From Catajapyx aquilonaris (lineage: Eukaryota): a stretch of DNA of 37,964 nt. The notes beneath the pieces were generated by a model. It searched no databases. It saw only the letters and a list, made by a program, of their open reading frames with translations, and was not told where the DNA came from. The stretch's first letter is position 1; each line of letters begins with the position of its first letter. Of this stretch, positions 1 through 14,000 are shown in pieces. The position numbers and the translations under genes are program-made. The stretch covers positions 1 through 37,964 of the forward strand of contig JYFJ02004056.1 of the NCBI GenBank assembly GCA_000934665.2, written 5' to 3'.

Positions 1-2633
1 ACATCTGTATAACCGAATATTCTACCTCCTGTAACCATAAATTATGTAATCAGTAGCATCTGTACGCCTTAACGAAATGGACACACAAAAGATAACTTAT
101 ATGATAGACTTTACCCCAGTATGTTGCTGTTAAAGTTTAGTAACAACTGAACATCTTTATAGGAAGGTAAGGGAGAGGTTAAAAACATTCCATGCTTTTT
201 GGACGCTTATTCCTTACTATGTCAAATTTTGTACAAACATAATATTACAACATGTACGTACATGTGTATGTAGCCTACAAGTGAGGTCATTACATAAACG
301 TGCCTGTGATCATCTCTCTTGACACAATTTAGCGACAATATTCATGACTATGTTGCTGCTGGATGAGTAGGCTACTTGTAGGGAAAAAGTTTTGAAGGAG
401 CAGCTTTATTGCATATTTGATATAAAAGACTTATAATAGATTTTAAGCCTAATATTTCCTTAAAATCAGAGTCTTTGTATGATAGAAGCACACCCCAATG
501 TAAAATTACATTTCCTATCATCTTGCTATTTTTCCTAGCAAAATGACTCTTTACGTAGATATAACTTACATAACGAAAAAGTCATTTCCAATGGAAAATT
601 AAATGAAAGCTATGCCTATCAATATTTTAAATATTGTGACTGTTATTTTGTTGTCGCGAAATGCGTGGCAGTGTTTTCAACTGCAATAATGTCAAGGTAC
701 CAAATCACTTTACAATCGTAATTTAAAGACAGATAAATAAGCAGCTAAGCCGCTACACAGGACGTTACCCAACTCTTTTAAGAAAATTTACGATCTTAAA
801 CTGTCCGATAAAATTTGCGGATACATAAATATCACGTAAGTAATTTAAATGAATCGTTAGATTGTAGAATGAGCCCATCAAGTAATCTACCTCCAGGGAG
901 GTAGTCTGCCCAAGTTGACATTCCCAAGTGGGGAAGCGGGGAAGAATTGATGGATTAGTCACCCTCTGGCGATATGTAAACAAATCCGGCCATCTTTCAA
1001 TTCTGAAGTTGTCAATCATACGATTAATGCGAATATTTTTGTAAAGGGTGCAAGACGATAATCACTTAATCACACATTCCCACGTACAGTACCTGCACTG
1101 ACTGAGGCCTACCAACATCTCGTTTTCATACTCTTTTTATAGGGGACTGTGACTACTGTTAGAGCAAGTGAACGCATTTAGGGCTATAATACAATGCGCT
1201 TGAACTCAATTTCGACCAAAATGTGATTATGATTGTTCCGCAAGTACGAGTGCATCGAGTGTTGATTGCACCAACTGTATGCAAGAGTGCAAGCTTGCAT
1301 GATCGTTTTAGGTAAATTATCTGTGATGAATTTCCTTGTTTGTCTGGGTGTGTGGTAGGACCAAATCTCCTCTAGTGACACCCACTCTCATTCCGTCCGA
1401 CTTTATGCGCTATATTTTTGCATAATACTGCTCTCATTATGGACTTAACGTTCCCTGTGATGGGGAAGAGTGAAGTGGGAGATGGCCTCATAACAAATCC
1501 CTGTATGTTATAAGGCAATCTCACACTCCTTTTCTTTTGAATGACCACTAAATATTATTATTCATTACAGAAACACTATACTGATGGATTTGCCTCTGCA
1601 AACTCGTTTCTTATACAAAAAAATAGGTGGATACAGGATTCACTGTATAAGCTAACCGATTACGCAGAAGCCGATAAACGTGGGCAGCATAATCGCGTGC
1701 AATGAAGTGACCAAATCGGTAAATTACCGGAAACACCTCACGTAGGGCTGGTGCTGGTCTGGGTCAAATAAAGAGAAAAACAGACAGAGATTGTGGTTTG
1801 GATAGGGAAAGAGAGGGAAGGAGGGGAGAGGCCTTCGTATTTTGATTCGGGAAGGAGCAAAACGGCAATTTCCTGCGAGGCGAAGTAAGCCGCTGCCAAT
1901 GAAGCGGCCTCCAATTCGATTTTGGCTCTGAATAGGTTCCAAAGAGCTGCTGCTTCCAACCGAGGATGAGGTGGGAGGAGGGGCGGGAGGGGGCTGCCCG
2001 GATTTACCCGGGGGGTCCTTGTCGGAGGGGATGCCCACAAGATCATCCCAGTTGTGCTGTAGTCCTCCCCAGACCCCCTCTGCGACCCCTGCAGTCATTT
2101 CCCTTTGCCTATGTTTTATCGGCTCAGGCTATAACTTACACGCTTTATCCCAGTGTTTGATGTGCACTGGGTACATGCCCCAAGCCTATACGTCATCTGG
2201 GCATGATTGCCTCAGGTGGATTTATTTTGAATTGGTTGAAAGGTGCATATCTTCGCGCGCCAATGCTGTATTATTAGAACTGACAGTGAGTGTGTCGATG
2301 GAAGAAGGGTGTGTCCCAACTTTACTCAACTTTTTAGGTGAGCAAGGTTAAAGGTTTGCGGCGGGACCAGATATAGGGCGATTGATATAATGAGGCCATC
2401 CGTTACAGATAACACTAATACTAAACTAATGATTTCTGGCACAAGTGTAGTGAAATGAATGGGAAGAAATGAATATATTGTTGTTACCGGGGTTGGTCCA
2501 GATTATATTCACCCGGATTATAGTGCATGGTATAACCTTTTACGTAAGGATGACATTGAATTACAATATTATTGATACATCGTTGAAAGAATGTGAGACA
2601 TGTGGCATATTTGCCTGCAGTGATTAGTGGTTA

Positions 2634-2810
<177 letters not shown>

Positions 2811-3438
2811 TCACCCAAGGGATTCAAACAATTTTAACCAATTCAGCGCACTCTTTGTAAGGTATAAGTTAGTCAACATTTGAATACGGATACAGTGGCA
2901 AGGTGTTTGTACATAGAGCGTCGCTCATTTTCTTACTGCCTGGAAACTGTGCAAACTTTCAGTGCTGGTAGCGGTATTGGAAAGGCCTTTATATACCTTC
3001 AGGGTCATAAGCAGAATATCTGTTAGTAGAAGGAGGAGCTGCGGTTCGTGGTTTACAACATCACGGCATTAGGCCATATAGGCTGTCGGATGCAATAAAG
3101 GCAGGACAGACATAGAATACTCCGACATATGAATCGAGCCAGCATGATCAGGTTTCTCCCAGACGCCATTCAGATGATTGCTGTCCCATATTACTGACTT
3201 CTGGGCGACATGTGAGGTCACAGGATGTCACTGACGTAGATATAATTTGTGTTCAGGGTGGTGAATCAGAGCAACCATGATACTTTCATTATTATTCGTT
3301 TTTACCTCCAGCCAGTCTATGTAGTTACACCTTACTGATGCGCCACTTCCCGTGAGCCTCACTTTCCAGCTGATACATATCGCACTCATGCTGCACCTTG
3401 CATATACCTAGGTACTGTACTGTATATAGTACAGTGTA

Positions 3439-3654
3439 GGGGCGGCACGGTGGTATATAGTGGTTAGCGCCACAGCCTTCCACTTCTGAGGTCCCGAGTT
3501 CGATCCCCGGATCTGACAGAGGATACTTATGTGGATAGAGTTTCGGTGGCTTCTCTTCGTGCTTGCGTGGGTTTTCTCGGGGTTCTCCCATTTCCTCCCA
3601 TTATCAAAACCCACAGGCAAATGATTAAAGTCGGTGAATGAAAAGATGATTCCC
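3439..3654 (+). mobile_element. tRNA-derived SINE with V-domain-like core, interrupted or bounded by a MITE at 3659
   Basis: A-box-like TGGTATATAGTGG (3451-3463) and B-box GAGTTCGATCC (3496-3506). These are followed by GCTTGCGTGGGTTTTCTCGGGGTTCTCCCATTTCCTCCCA, which resembles the V-SINE core. A second fragment of this core lies at ~4491-4537. Confidence 0.7.
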
Positions 3655-3658
3655 TTAA

Positions 3659-4139
3659 AGAAAGGGTTCAGTGATTTTGCATGTTGAGCTCCAAAAATCA
3701 AACACGACTCCCTGATTTGAAATATCCGATCCGTTTTGTTGGCAAATGCACCATAAGCGTAAAATTTCAAGTCAAAATAGATTTTTTTGAAAATCAGCGC
3801 CGAACACGGGTTCCCTCTAGCCACAAGAGTGGAAGCTTCGATGCAGCGGTCGAAGCTTCCACTCTTGTGGCTAGAGGGAACCCGTGTCCCGTGAAAAGAT
3901 GAAAAAATGGGCTCCGAGACTAAGCCAATCTCATTGGCCACGGTGGTGGCAGGTTACCGGAATTTCCGCGGGAGGCGCTGGCTGTACGCTTACCGTATCG
4001 CATACAGTAGCGGATATGGACTTTCACCTAACGGCATTTGTTTACGCGGCGTCAGATTCCAAAACTGACCACATTTTTGGAATCAGGGAGTCTTCCTTGA
4101 TCTCTGAAGCCCAACATGCAAAATCACTGAGCCCTTCCT
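3659..4139. mobile_element. Non-autonomous DNA transposon with TTAA target duplication (Kolobok-like termini)
   Basis: TTAA|AGAAAGGGTTCAGTGATTTTGCATGTTG ... CAACATGCAAAATCACTGAGCCCTTCCT|TTAA. Imperfect TIRs of ~55 bp and no transposase ORF. AG..CT ends with TTAA fit Kolobok better than piggyBac (CC..GG). Confidence 0.75.
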
Positions 4140-4490
4140 TTAAAGGCCCAAGGAGTCCTATCACGCGGGTCGTAAATGTATTATAACTTGAAGCTAATTT
4201 GCCTTCTAGTAATTATGCAGTGCAGGCAATAGGAAAAATACCATGCTATTCGGGGAACTTCTTATTAGAGACTAGAAGCATTATTATCGACCTTGGCAAT
4301 ATTTAGATGCTGAAAGTTTAGTTGCGATTTCGGATTATAAGATCAATATGGTATAAGTATCGGTTCAAGTGGTTTTTCTAACTTTCAAAATTCGTAAATG
4401 TTAAAGGTAAAAGGTGAATATGTGGCTCTCGGTTTATAATGGCTTTATTGCTTTATTGCTGTGTATAGGTAGCATCACAGATATTGGATT

Positions 4491-4537
4491 GGCGTGGGTT
4501 TTCTCGGGACCCTTCCGTTTCCTCCCACAATCAAAAT
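4491..4537 (+). repeat. SINE core fragment related to 3565-3610
   Basis: GCGTGGGTTTTCTCGGGACCCTTCCGTTTCCTCCCACAATCAAAA versus GCGTGGGTTTTCTCGGGGTTCTCCCATTTCCTCCCATTATCAAAA. Confidence 0.6.
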
Positions 4538-4962
4538 CAATCAGCATTGCAGGAATTGAACGCACGCAGGCATGAAAGGGATCGACAGGCAGCTACTTTT
4601 TCCCATCAGCCCTCATGTACTGTAAGTTGTACATTGTGGTGATGACATTCACTGAATCCCAATATCGTCCATCGGGGATGATCCATAAATATTTGTACGA
4701 GTAATATAGGCCTAACATGTTCACTGAGCCCGTCAGGGTTTATCGCTGCACTTTACGTTTTGATGAGCGAATCAATTGATACAAATTAGAATAAATATGG
4801 CTCTGTTGGTTTCTGAACAGCTACATCCTTATAAAAATGACTGGGCCGCGTTTATGGGCTATAGTTCTCAAATGCAACTTAGCCAGGAAAGGGCGCCTCC
4901 ATCCTTCAAAAGCCTGTGATATAGTCCCCTAATTACTGGCTCTAACCCATATTATATTATTA

Positions 4963-5846
4963 GGCCACCCCAAAGAAATGGAGTGGTGGGGTTATAAACA
5001 ATATGTGATAAAAAGTTTCCAAAGTCTGGTCTTTAAAATGGATCATTTTGAATAGTAACAATTGGGCTAGGAGAATACCAAAGTTGAAGTTCATTTAACA
5101 GTTAACAACTGAAATAAATGCGATTATACCTTGGACAGTGAATTTCTGTGGGGTCTGGTAAAAATTGCTGCCACTACGTTTATTTCTTACTTAGTGGGAT
5201 GTAAATGTTGATAACGAACCTGAGGGGACACACAAACCCAAACACTGTATTGAAATTAATTACAAAAACTCTACAACGTAATTACAAAATATTGATGGCA
5301 AGTTAACTTTTTCAGAAATTTATACACTTTGGTGAGCCTCATTTAACGGTGATATTTATCAATAAATTAAAACGATGTGATAGTATTCTTTATTTAGATC
5401 TCAGTCCAATATGCTAGGATAAAAATTTCAATTCAGTTAATTACAGTGACTTTAAATATTCCTTAATTAAAATGCACGGAAAATTTCATACCTGCAAGCC
5501 ACGATAAATGTTTTTAAATTCCGTTGTAGATTTTTTGTAATCAATTTTAATTCAGTTTTTGGATTTGTGTGGTCTCAGCGGTTCCATATCAACATTTACA
5601 TCAGGCTAGGTAAGAAATAAACGTAGTGGCAGCAATAATTTTTACCAGACCCCACAGAAATTCACTGTCCAAGGTATAATCGTATTTATTTCAGTTGTTA
5701 ACTGTCAAATTAACTTTAGGTTTGGTATCCTCCTAGCTCAATTGTTACTATTCATAATTATCCATTCTAAAGTCCAGATAATCTTAATGGAAACTTTTTA
5801 TCACATCTTGTTTATAACCCCACCACTCCATTTCTTTGGGGTGGCC
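4963..5846. mobile_element. Foldback/MITE with ~230-240 bp inverted arms, GGCC termini
   Basis: 4963-~5194 (GGCCACCCCAAAGAAATGGAGTGGTGGGGTTATAAACAA...) is the reverse complement of ~5606-5846 with scattered mismatches. The spacer is AT-rich. The TSD is unclear. Confidence 0.85.
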
Positions 5847-6956
5847 GAATAATCATGGGTTTGGGCAAGTATACAGTATGTCTGCATTGCATTACCGCCA
5901 TTATTTTGTATGGAACAAAACGAACGTCACTCTAAAGCGGGCCTCAACTGAATATTCTGCCTAGTCGCAACTTTCCAAACCGTAGTAAACATTAACCCTT
6001 CAGTATACTACACTGAAAACTCTAAGCATTATAGAAGTGTTTATAACAGGTTCATTAAATTTCGGAGAGGTAAAAAATTGTATTAATGTAATCCACTGGT
6101 GAATAATTATTCAAATGTATTATGGAGACGGCAGAATGTCATAATTCCCGCGCATAAATAACGATACGTATGTAAACAAGGATTTATGTGATTTGTGGCT
6201 AAATAATTTTACACTTTTAATGAGCGGTAATTTTTCAGTAATGGATGCCACTGATGTTATTTTGATTGTCACTGGTTCAGTGTGTACTGTCAAACAAATG
6301 GTTGTAGACCCTGAAGTGATGTGCCATGAAAACCTATAATTACTGCTTGTTTTCCTTTCCTTTGTACTACATAAATTAATTACACTTGTGTAAAACATGC
6401 TTGACCTTTCACATACTGTAAAGAGATTGCAATGATGCAACGCTCAACTGAGTCTAACCTCCCCTTTCCTCATGCTTCCCCTCCCTTCAGAATTCTCCCC
6501 CATCCGTTTTTCTCTCAGATCACGCGTGATGTTCACAATGCCTCCTCTTCCCCGTACCCAATTAAATCTCTCCCTTCATTAGTCTCTACCAAACGACATT
6601 AAAGACCCACAGACACGTGACTCGATTCTCGCTTTTGTCTGCAATTTTATCTTCAAATAATTATTAGACTACATATTATGTTATCCTTGCCCTCGAAATC
6701 TTTTTCAGCTGAATTATTTTCTCTTTGTTTCATATGACGTAATCGGCAATAATGCATAGACATACGTCATGCATAATTATACCACCCAACATTTAAAATG
6801 GGCAAATCCAGTAATGTTATTATAAGCAGGGTGTCCATAATAATATTATATATCGCTAGAACCAGATCCCTTCATTGGGGGTTTTGGGCGTTTGGTCTCA
6901 GCAGCTTTCATGACCAAGATAATTGTCTACTTACGAGTATTACGTAGTGTAGTATA

Positions 6957-7203
6957 CACGGTGTTCCAGATTCGTGGGTCACTTTTTAATAACTGATATT
7001 GCCCGATAGCAGTTATTTTTTGTAGCTTGTTGTGCCCCCAACCATGTGCACCAGGGATGTGCTCCATTCCCCAGTGGGTCGAATATAGGAGGTGCTATAG
7101 AATGGACCACATGGTTGGGGGCACAACAAGCTACATAGAATAACATAATGCTATCGGGCAATGTCAGTTATCAAAAAGTGACCCACGAATCTGGAACACC
7201 CTG
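6957..7203. mobile_element. Tc1/mariner-type MITE (TA TSD)
   Basis: TA|CACGGTGTTCCAGATTCGTGGGTCACTTTTT ... AAAAAGTGACCCACGAATCTGGAACACCCTG|TA, with ~90 bp arms. Confidence 0.85.
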
Positions 7204-8224
7204 TATATATACGACCACACATAGAATGCGGCTGTAAAACTATGTGCCCTGTGTGGGTGTCTGCTGTGGGAGATGCGATCAGCATCGTAAATGAAAACTG
7301 CATTCTGCATACCTTTGTTACACGGAATTAATGGTCACGCATGGTCAGCAGAGTAATGAGACAAAAAAAATGAACCACTTCATACCGTGGATAATGATCA
7401 CTTGTGTCACCAGACTGAACACGACTGAAAAAATCAACACGTCGTTAGCAGTTTTTGGCGCCCAAAGCTTGCAATATCTGTCTGCGAGATGGGTATACAG
7501 TGGCTGACCGCTTCTTTATTTATGACCTCTAAGGTATTCTTTTAGCGGTGGTAGTAGATTACTGAAGTAGCAATAAGGCAAGCTTTTTAAAGTTTGTGTT
7601 TTGTAACATTGATTAGTGTCTTATATATACTGCTGCCTGAAAGCTCTATGCGCGTTTTATTAAGACTCTGCATGTTAATGTCTAGAAATGCTATATGATC
7701 AACTTGAAGTAGTGATTAGGCCCAAGTGCCAAATCTATCAAAATAAATGGATGTTGAAATTCCCCTGTTTTGACTTCCTGCTATATTCAGAGGGTGGACT
7801 ACTGCGGTGCCCTAGTTGTTTGATTCCACATCAGGCTGTTTTGAGGCTGTGCAACGGGGCCTGAGGAGTCTTCCCCAACTGGCAAACGCCCTCCTAATGG
7901 GCTCTGAAAGTGGTGGGCGGAGCGAGGTTTGCCACGTCAAATGACCCCCCTTTACAACAAGATAAGGCCTGCCACCCCCCTGAACCCTGGGAGGTCCCCC
8001 CTTAGCTAAACCCCAGGCTACCCTTTTCAAACGAGCCGCCTGAATCAAAATGAAAATTATTTCAGGGGAAGGGAGAGGGCGCTCTACCGCATTCATTCCA
8101 GCTCTGAAAAAGGATGTCGCGATTTTCCTGGATTTTTTGGGGGGAAATATTTTGTCCACATCAGTTCGTCAAACATTCCACAACACTCAGTCATAATTAT
8201 GATACAAAAGAGGAATTTGCTTAC

Positions 8225-8388
8225 CTGAGCCTGAGTGAAGAGGACCCTTCGCTTCCGTCTCTGAGTGAGGGGGAACTGCATGGGTTTGCTCTCGGTACTG
8301 ACACTACATGCGCCCAGTCCGGACATGTTAGACATGTTCATGTTCATGTTCATCCCAGCAGTGGCTGAAGACCCCATCAGTCTTGAGA
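8225..8388 (-). CDS. scro: scro/NK2.1 exon (ISRLMG...FPLTQRRKRRVLFTQAQ), homeodomain residues 1-12
   Basis: Acceptor CTCTCTGCCCAG|TC gives A+TC = Ile, restoring DPRFAISRLMG (NKX2-1 has DPRFPAISRFMG). Donor CAG|GTAAGC is phase 0. Length 164 nt = 2+54x3. Confidence 0.95.
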
Positions 8389-10598
8389 CTGGGCAGAGAG
8401 ATATTCAAGCAAGTGTTTAGCAACGGACTGTAGAAATAAGCTGCTTAGGGTCGTTGATATGTTGATGTATATAGTATATGTTTCTAACCATTTAAACTAG
8501 GCCTATAACGACACTAACTACTGGACAGAAAATCATTCGTATTTTCTGCTTTGATTATGTATCTCACAGTTAAATCGGTCTCTCACTAGGGAATCTGTAT
8601 AAAAACAAAATAAACCGGCAGCTTTTCGAATGTAGACTACAACACTAACATATAGGCCTGCTAATAACGAAGCAATGTCATAGGAATAGGATAATTGTCA
8701 TGAGGTCGACAAAGGTATACTGGTCCACATACTGAACACTACAGGGTGTTATCAATTGAAATGATATTAGTAGTTATCGATTTTTTTGCATAAAGCTGCT
8801 TATTATTAAACAATTACTTTTAGTGGTTGTCAAATGTATTTAATGTTAATATGAGGCCTTCTTGAATAATTATAATTATCGATCCAAGATGTAAATTGCT
8901 ATTAATTTCAGATTGGGAAAGGACCATTAGTAACAATATTGGCATATAATCTCAATGATCGGATACAACCTATTTTTTAAGGTCGGTTCCCCATTTGCAG
9001 GCTTCAAAAATGACCGTTCAACCTAATACTCGTATGAAGCTGATACTTTTGATATCCACCAAAAGTAATCATTCAAAAGTAATTGCTTATTAATAAGTAT
9101 ATTAATGACAAACATAGCTATAGGCGCTACTTACTCGACTAAGATATTATTTCAACTTGAACATCTTGCATGTAGCTTATATTAATACTTCTTTATAACA
9201 CTTTATAAGCAATTGAATTGCTCCCTCACAATTTCTGTCTCTACAAATGCCTAGTGAAATGATCAAAAATGTTAAAAATAAACGGCTTATTTCTCATTTA
9301 GGAATTATTTTGCTACAGGGAAGTCGCTTGCACGAGGAATATTGTTTCCCCTTATTCGATTCTCTCTGGTTATGGAAAGAAAGCAGCCTTTTCCTAGCGT
9401 CACGTATACGTTGTAGATACAGCGGATGATCCACATTCTCCCTATATGCCCGTATTACCTCCCCCTTCCACTACGCTTTATGAGATCATGGTTGATTGAC
9501 ATAGGTACAGGAGGCGTCAGTCAAAGTCAATAGGGTGTGACAGTGTTTCATTGCGTAGTTTTTATTGCGTGTGTGCGTGGAGAAGGGGAGGCTCATTTGA
9601 AGTTTAGAAGTGTCTCTTGCTTTATTTGCTACCCCATTTTTGCAACATTGCAACATGTTGATGCAATATCAGTCGTGCGTATATTTTGCATACACTGCAT
9701 ATAATAGGTAATAGTTTTTAGAGAACCAGTCTATTAAAAATTCCCTCATGGAGTTCCGTCAGTGTTACCAGTTTAATAAAAGTATTCAAATTCAGTGAAA
9801 AATATTTCCGTGGAGTATAATCACAAACGTACCGGTATACTACTCATCAATGCCACTAAAGAGCGAATGTGAACTACATCTCGATGGCCTCCATGCTTTG
9901 ATTGCAACACTCACGGAATTGCAATGAGGTTATTAAGAATTGGCAATTGAGGAACAGTTGACTGCCTACACTTTGAGAGGTTGTTTCCAATATAGCGGAA
10001 GTATGGGGGTGATGGAGGTGGAGAGTGGAAGGGTACGTGTTAGAGGATGGAGGGGGAAGCGAGGGTGTCGTTTTGTGGAGGGCCTCCTCCCTGCGGCGTC
10101 CAGTCTCGCCTGCCATTAGTCATTGAAACTGGTTGAAGTGACTATCCAAGGAGAGACAGAAGGACTCTCGTTCTGAATTAAACTAATGACCCGGTCTTTT
10201 ATAAATGGTCACCACTGCCACGGGTTGGGTGTGCGTCCTGTGCGCGTTATGTTGGTAACTTTTATACTCCTGCTGGGGCTGACTTCAAATTTACAGTAAG
10301 CTGCAACAGAGGTTTTACTAACAGATACTGTTACAAAGTATTGTGTATGTGAATAATATGTTTCATTTTACTCCGCCGCAATATATAACGTTGCATAATA
10401 TTCCCGGGGACGGCCCGGCGAATCAGGACAGTCTTGATGTGGCTAGAATTGATGCGGGAGTACTCTGTGGGGGCTCGGTGGTATGGTCGAGCCTCTCATG
10501 TCACTTTCACCCACCACCTAGTACCTGGGAGCGGCCATCTTGCTTGTGTACTACTCAAGCCAGACCAGCCCCCGGACACTCCTCCTATAATCAATAAT

Positions 10599-11002
10599 TC
10601 TTGTCGCCTGATGGGGCGTCTTGCAGGAGGTGCTCACTTGAGAGCGCCTGTGTCTGATGCAAATACATGTGGCGACCATACCGGACCGCACTGAACTTAG
10701 GTATAGAAGAGAAGTGTAGGTCAAAATTAAGAATCTCATACTCGTAATCCGAGTAATACTCGTATGAGAGTCTTAATTTTGACCAATGATGAGAGTGCCT
10801 TTCACTGATGTAAACGCATTTGGCGACCCTACCGGACCGCGCTGAACTTAGGAAGAAGGGAAGAGTCGGTCCTTAATTTTGACCGACACTTCTCTTCTAC
10901 CTAAGTTCAGCGCGGTCCGGTAGGGTCGCCACATGTATTTGTATCAGAGACAGGCGCTCTCAAGTGAGCACCTCCCGCAAAACGCCCCGTCAGGCGATAA
11001 GA
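10599..11002. mobile_element. Foldback element with internally duplicated arm segment
   Basis: TCTTGTCGCCTGATGGGGCGT...GGTCAAAATTAAG (10599-~10731) is inverted at ~10872-11002. GGCGACC(A/C)TACCGGACCGC(A/G)CTGAACTTAGG is directly repeated at 10671 and 10822. Confidence 0.75.
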
Positions 11003-14000
11003 GGGAGTGACCAGACCTAAGTATTCTAAGGCCATGAGCCAGACCCGCATCTCCACTATGGGAGCTAGCCGCACCTGTATTTGGAGTGATGCGGGAGATT
11101 GGGCATTTTTTGGCGGAGCTAACGGCCCGAGGAATTCGTCTCTGACTTTACCTAAACAGAGAGCATAGTGTATTTGCAAACAGTTATTTTTCTGATTTTT
11201 GGAGCTCACAGTCAGCTTGTAGGACAAAACCAGTCCTTTAACGCCACTTTATATAAATGCAGAACATTTTCTGTGGTATGGGTATGAGCAACACACACAA
11301 AACAGTGACACACCGAAATAGAACTATATGTCAATATATGACACACAAATGTGTCAGGCAATAGCCTTTTGACCGCCAGCACACTGCTGCTATACATCAG
11401 CGGGTAAAATCAAACTCTGGCTTACCCGAAGACGTTTTCCTGAGAAATACTAATTATAAGTTATAATAAGTAACACGTAAAATATATACTATTATATTGT
11501 GGACACTCGGCTTGACAGGAAGCCCATACGCAACGTAATAAGAACAATGTATTAAACGACAGCGTGAAGGGTCACCACAAAGCATGTGCACGTCTACTCC
11601 ACGGATAATTGCAGAGGTCAGAGGTGTCTGTGCCACACGAATGAAGAGTAATTCCACGAGGCATTGGCTGAAGGTCCGGGGTGAATCACAACTCCCAATC
11701 ACCTGTTACATTCTTCCTCTTTTTCTCTCCCCTCTTGGGCCTATTTGTATTTCTCAATGGTGTGTGCATTCAAGTCCATGCCGGTATATACGGATAGGGA
11801 GAGATGGGGGAGGGAGGGAGGGAGGGAGGGAGAGAGAGAGCTTTATAGAGATGCTCAAAATCCATCCATTTGGCAGGGAGGGAGGAAATTTCCATTCTTC
11901 CCCATCCGGGTTGCAAACGTCCGGGGCTTTGCACAACTTTCGCTCCAATTCCGGTTGCTCCAAAACAGTCGACTGTCAAGCTCTTTCAACACCGGGAAGG
12001 GGGTGGGGGATGGCGGGGGAGGGAGGTGGAAAACTCGGAAAGTCTTCCCGTTTGGAGAGAGCAAACACACTCCAAAGTAATTGATTTCACATCTGTTATC
12101 GGGGTTGCAGGGGATCTCCATTAACATTGTGATTACACGTTCAGGCATGTATAATGGGAGCAGGGTGGGAGAGGGGGTTAGGAGGTGATTTCAATCCTCG
12201 GGAGCTTGCTTGCTTCCAGCGACTGCGCTGAGGGATAAACATAACTGTGGGGACGTATTTACACCAGAGGGCGAATGGCGTGCTCTTCCGGGTACGACAG
12301 GATAATGGTTAGGACAGTCCCAGAGGAATTCCACGGGTGTATGGTGCGGCTAGGCAGGTAGGCTGGTGTAACTCTTGATTCTCCATCAATTATATTGCTA
12401 TTTTGCCGTTGTTTTAAAAACCGGATAAGCGCGTTATACCACAATGGGGAGATGTCACCATGCGGAATCAACAAGGCCGCGGACATTTTGTCCTCAAAAT
12501 TACGGTTGGGGCGCTAGGATTTTGGTAATCAGTGATTTGTCCAAAGGAGATGTGCAGAATACGCACTGATAAATGCCTCACTGGCCGGGTTTGGGGCACA
12601 TTATTACGTATTCCCTGCTCGTACGAATAATGATGCAGATAAAAATGTTATGTAGGCCTACTGCTCATTTAGTAGGGATACCCATGAAAAGGGCCTGAAA
12701 AGAATGCTATAAATGGCGTCGATTTTGAATGTAAATCTTGCACCATGATACGATTAGTATACCTCAGTTCTTAAATTCCGCTATTTACCTCTTTCTCTTA
12801 TGTCTTTTAATTTGTCCTACAATCAACACTGAACATTCTGATCTGCATTATGCAGACGATTAGGGCAATATCTTGTATCAAACTGGGCCAGTGAGACATT
12901 GCTCAGTCCCTATTGGCCATCGCGTTTGAATAAATCACTCTTTACTCAAATTGCTATTTACAACTCGATCCTTTGCATGTTATACAAGTGAAGTGCTTGT
13001 TCTGAAAGTTTCCGATTTTACATTTTGAAGAGAATGGCCTTCGTTCTGAATAAAAATCTGGAGGGTCACCTTCCTTTCCCTGTAATATCTTCTGCCTCCC
13101 ACCAAATCACTCTCACCTCCCACTGAGAATGGAAGAACTTTACTTACGCTTGAGACGAGATGTAGAACCCGATTCTCATGCTTTTCAAGGGATGTGAAAT
13201 CTGGTTTCCATAAAAAGGTTTTGTTAGATGGCTGTTATATGAGCATATAGGCCTAATGGGACCTTTCAGAGAGCTGTTAGCAATGTCACCATAATATTAT
13301 AGACTCAGGAGCATAATGTTGGACTTTTATCACTTTAATGCCCGATTCCACTAACCATTTTAACTGTTAAGAGCTATCTGTATATAGTTTTTGCCGCTTA
13401 ACCTGCTGATTTCGATCCACCAAAAAGCAGTTAGTTAAATATTTCATTAATGGAAAACTGGAGGTCAATCAAATTGGCCGCGCCCACTGGAATATCATGA
13501 TTTAGCCCCTACGTAAATGTGAATAACCCAGGGCATTTAAAGTGCCCGTATGATTTTTAAAATGAAATACTTCTGTCTTGGCCTAGGACTTTTGGTACAC
13601 GTTTGGTGAAGGCTAGCCAGTTATTAATTATTTGTTTTCCGCAACATCTGATTTAATTTGGATTATTCAGATAATAGGCACGGTTTATACGGCCTGTCTC
13701 TTGAACATCATGGGGATGGTGCCAGACCAACAAATAGCAACATTTCTGGCTAGTGGTCAAAATTCAATTTGATTGATGTACTTTGGGCCGAAACTGTTTC
13801 GGACCAGCACGCAGCATTTCGATTAGAGCCGAAAAAGCACTCATTATGCTCATAAAGGCGACGCGACGGTAGGGTTGCATACATACCAGAAATAATGACT
13901 TACATACTTAACATTACAGAACTTTCCAAACAAAATCAATCTTACGGAAAGGTTCCTCCGAGGTAAATTCAGCGTGGGCAAATATAATCAAGATGCAGCT

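Noticed and set aside
3439..3515. tRNA gene
   Set aside because: A and B boxes are present, but there is no clean acceptor stem, and the sequence continues into a SINE core seen again at 4491.
3325..4186. ORFs up to 177 aa as a transposase
   Set aside because: No recognisable DDE or HTH similarity. The repeated peptides simply reflect the internal hairpin and TIRs.
11584..12148. Overlapping ORFs up to 166 aa
   Set aside because: G-rich low-complexity intronic sequence with no homology signal I can recognise.
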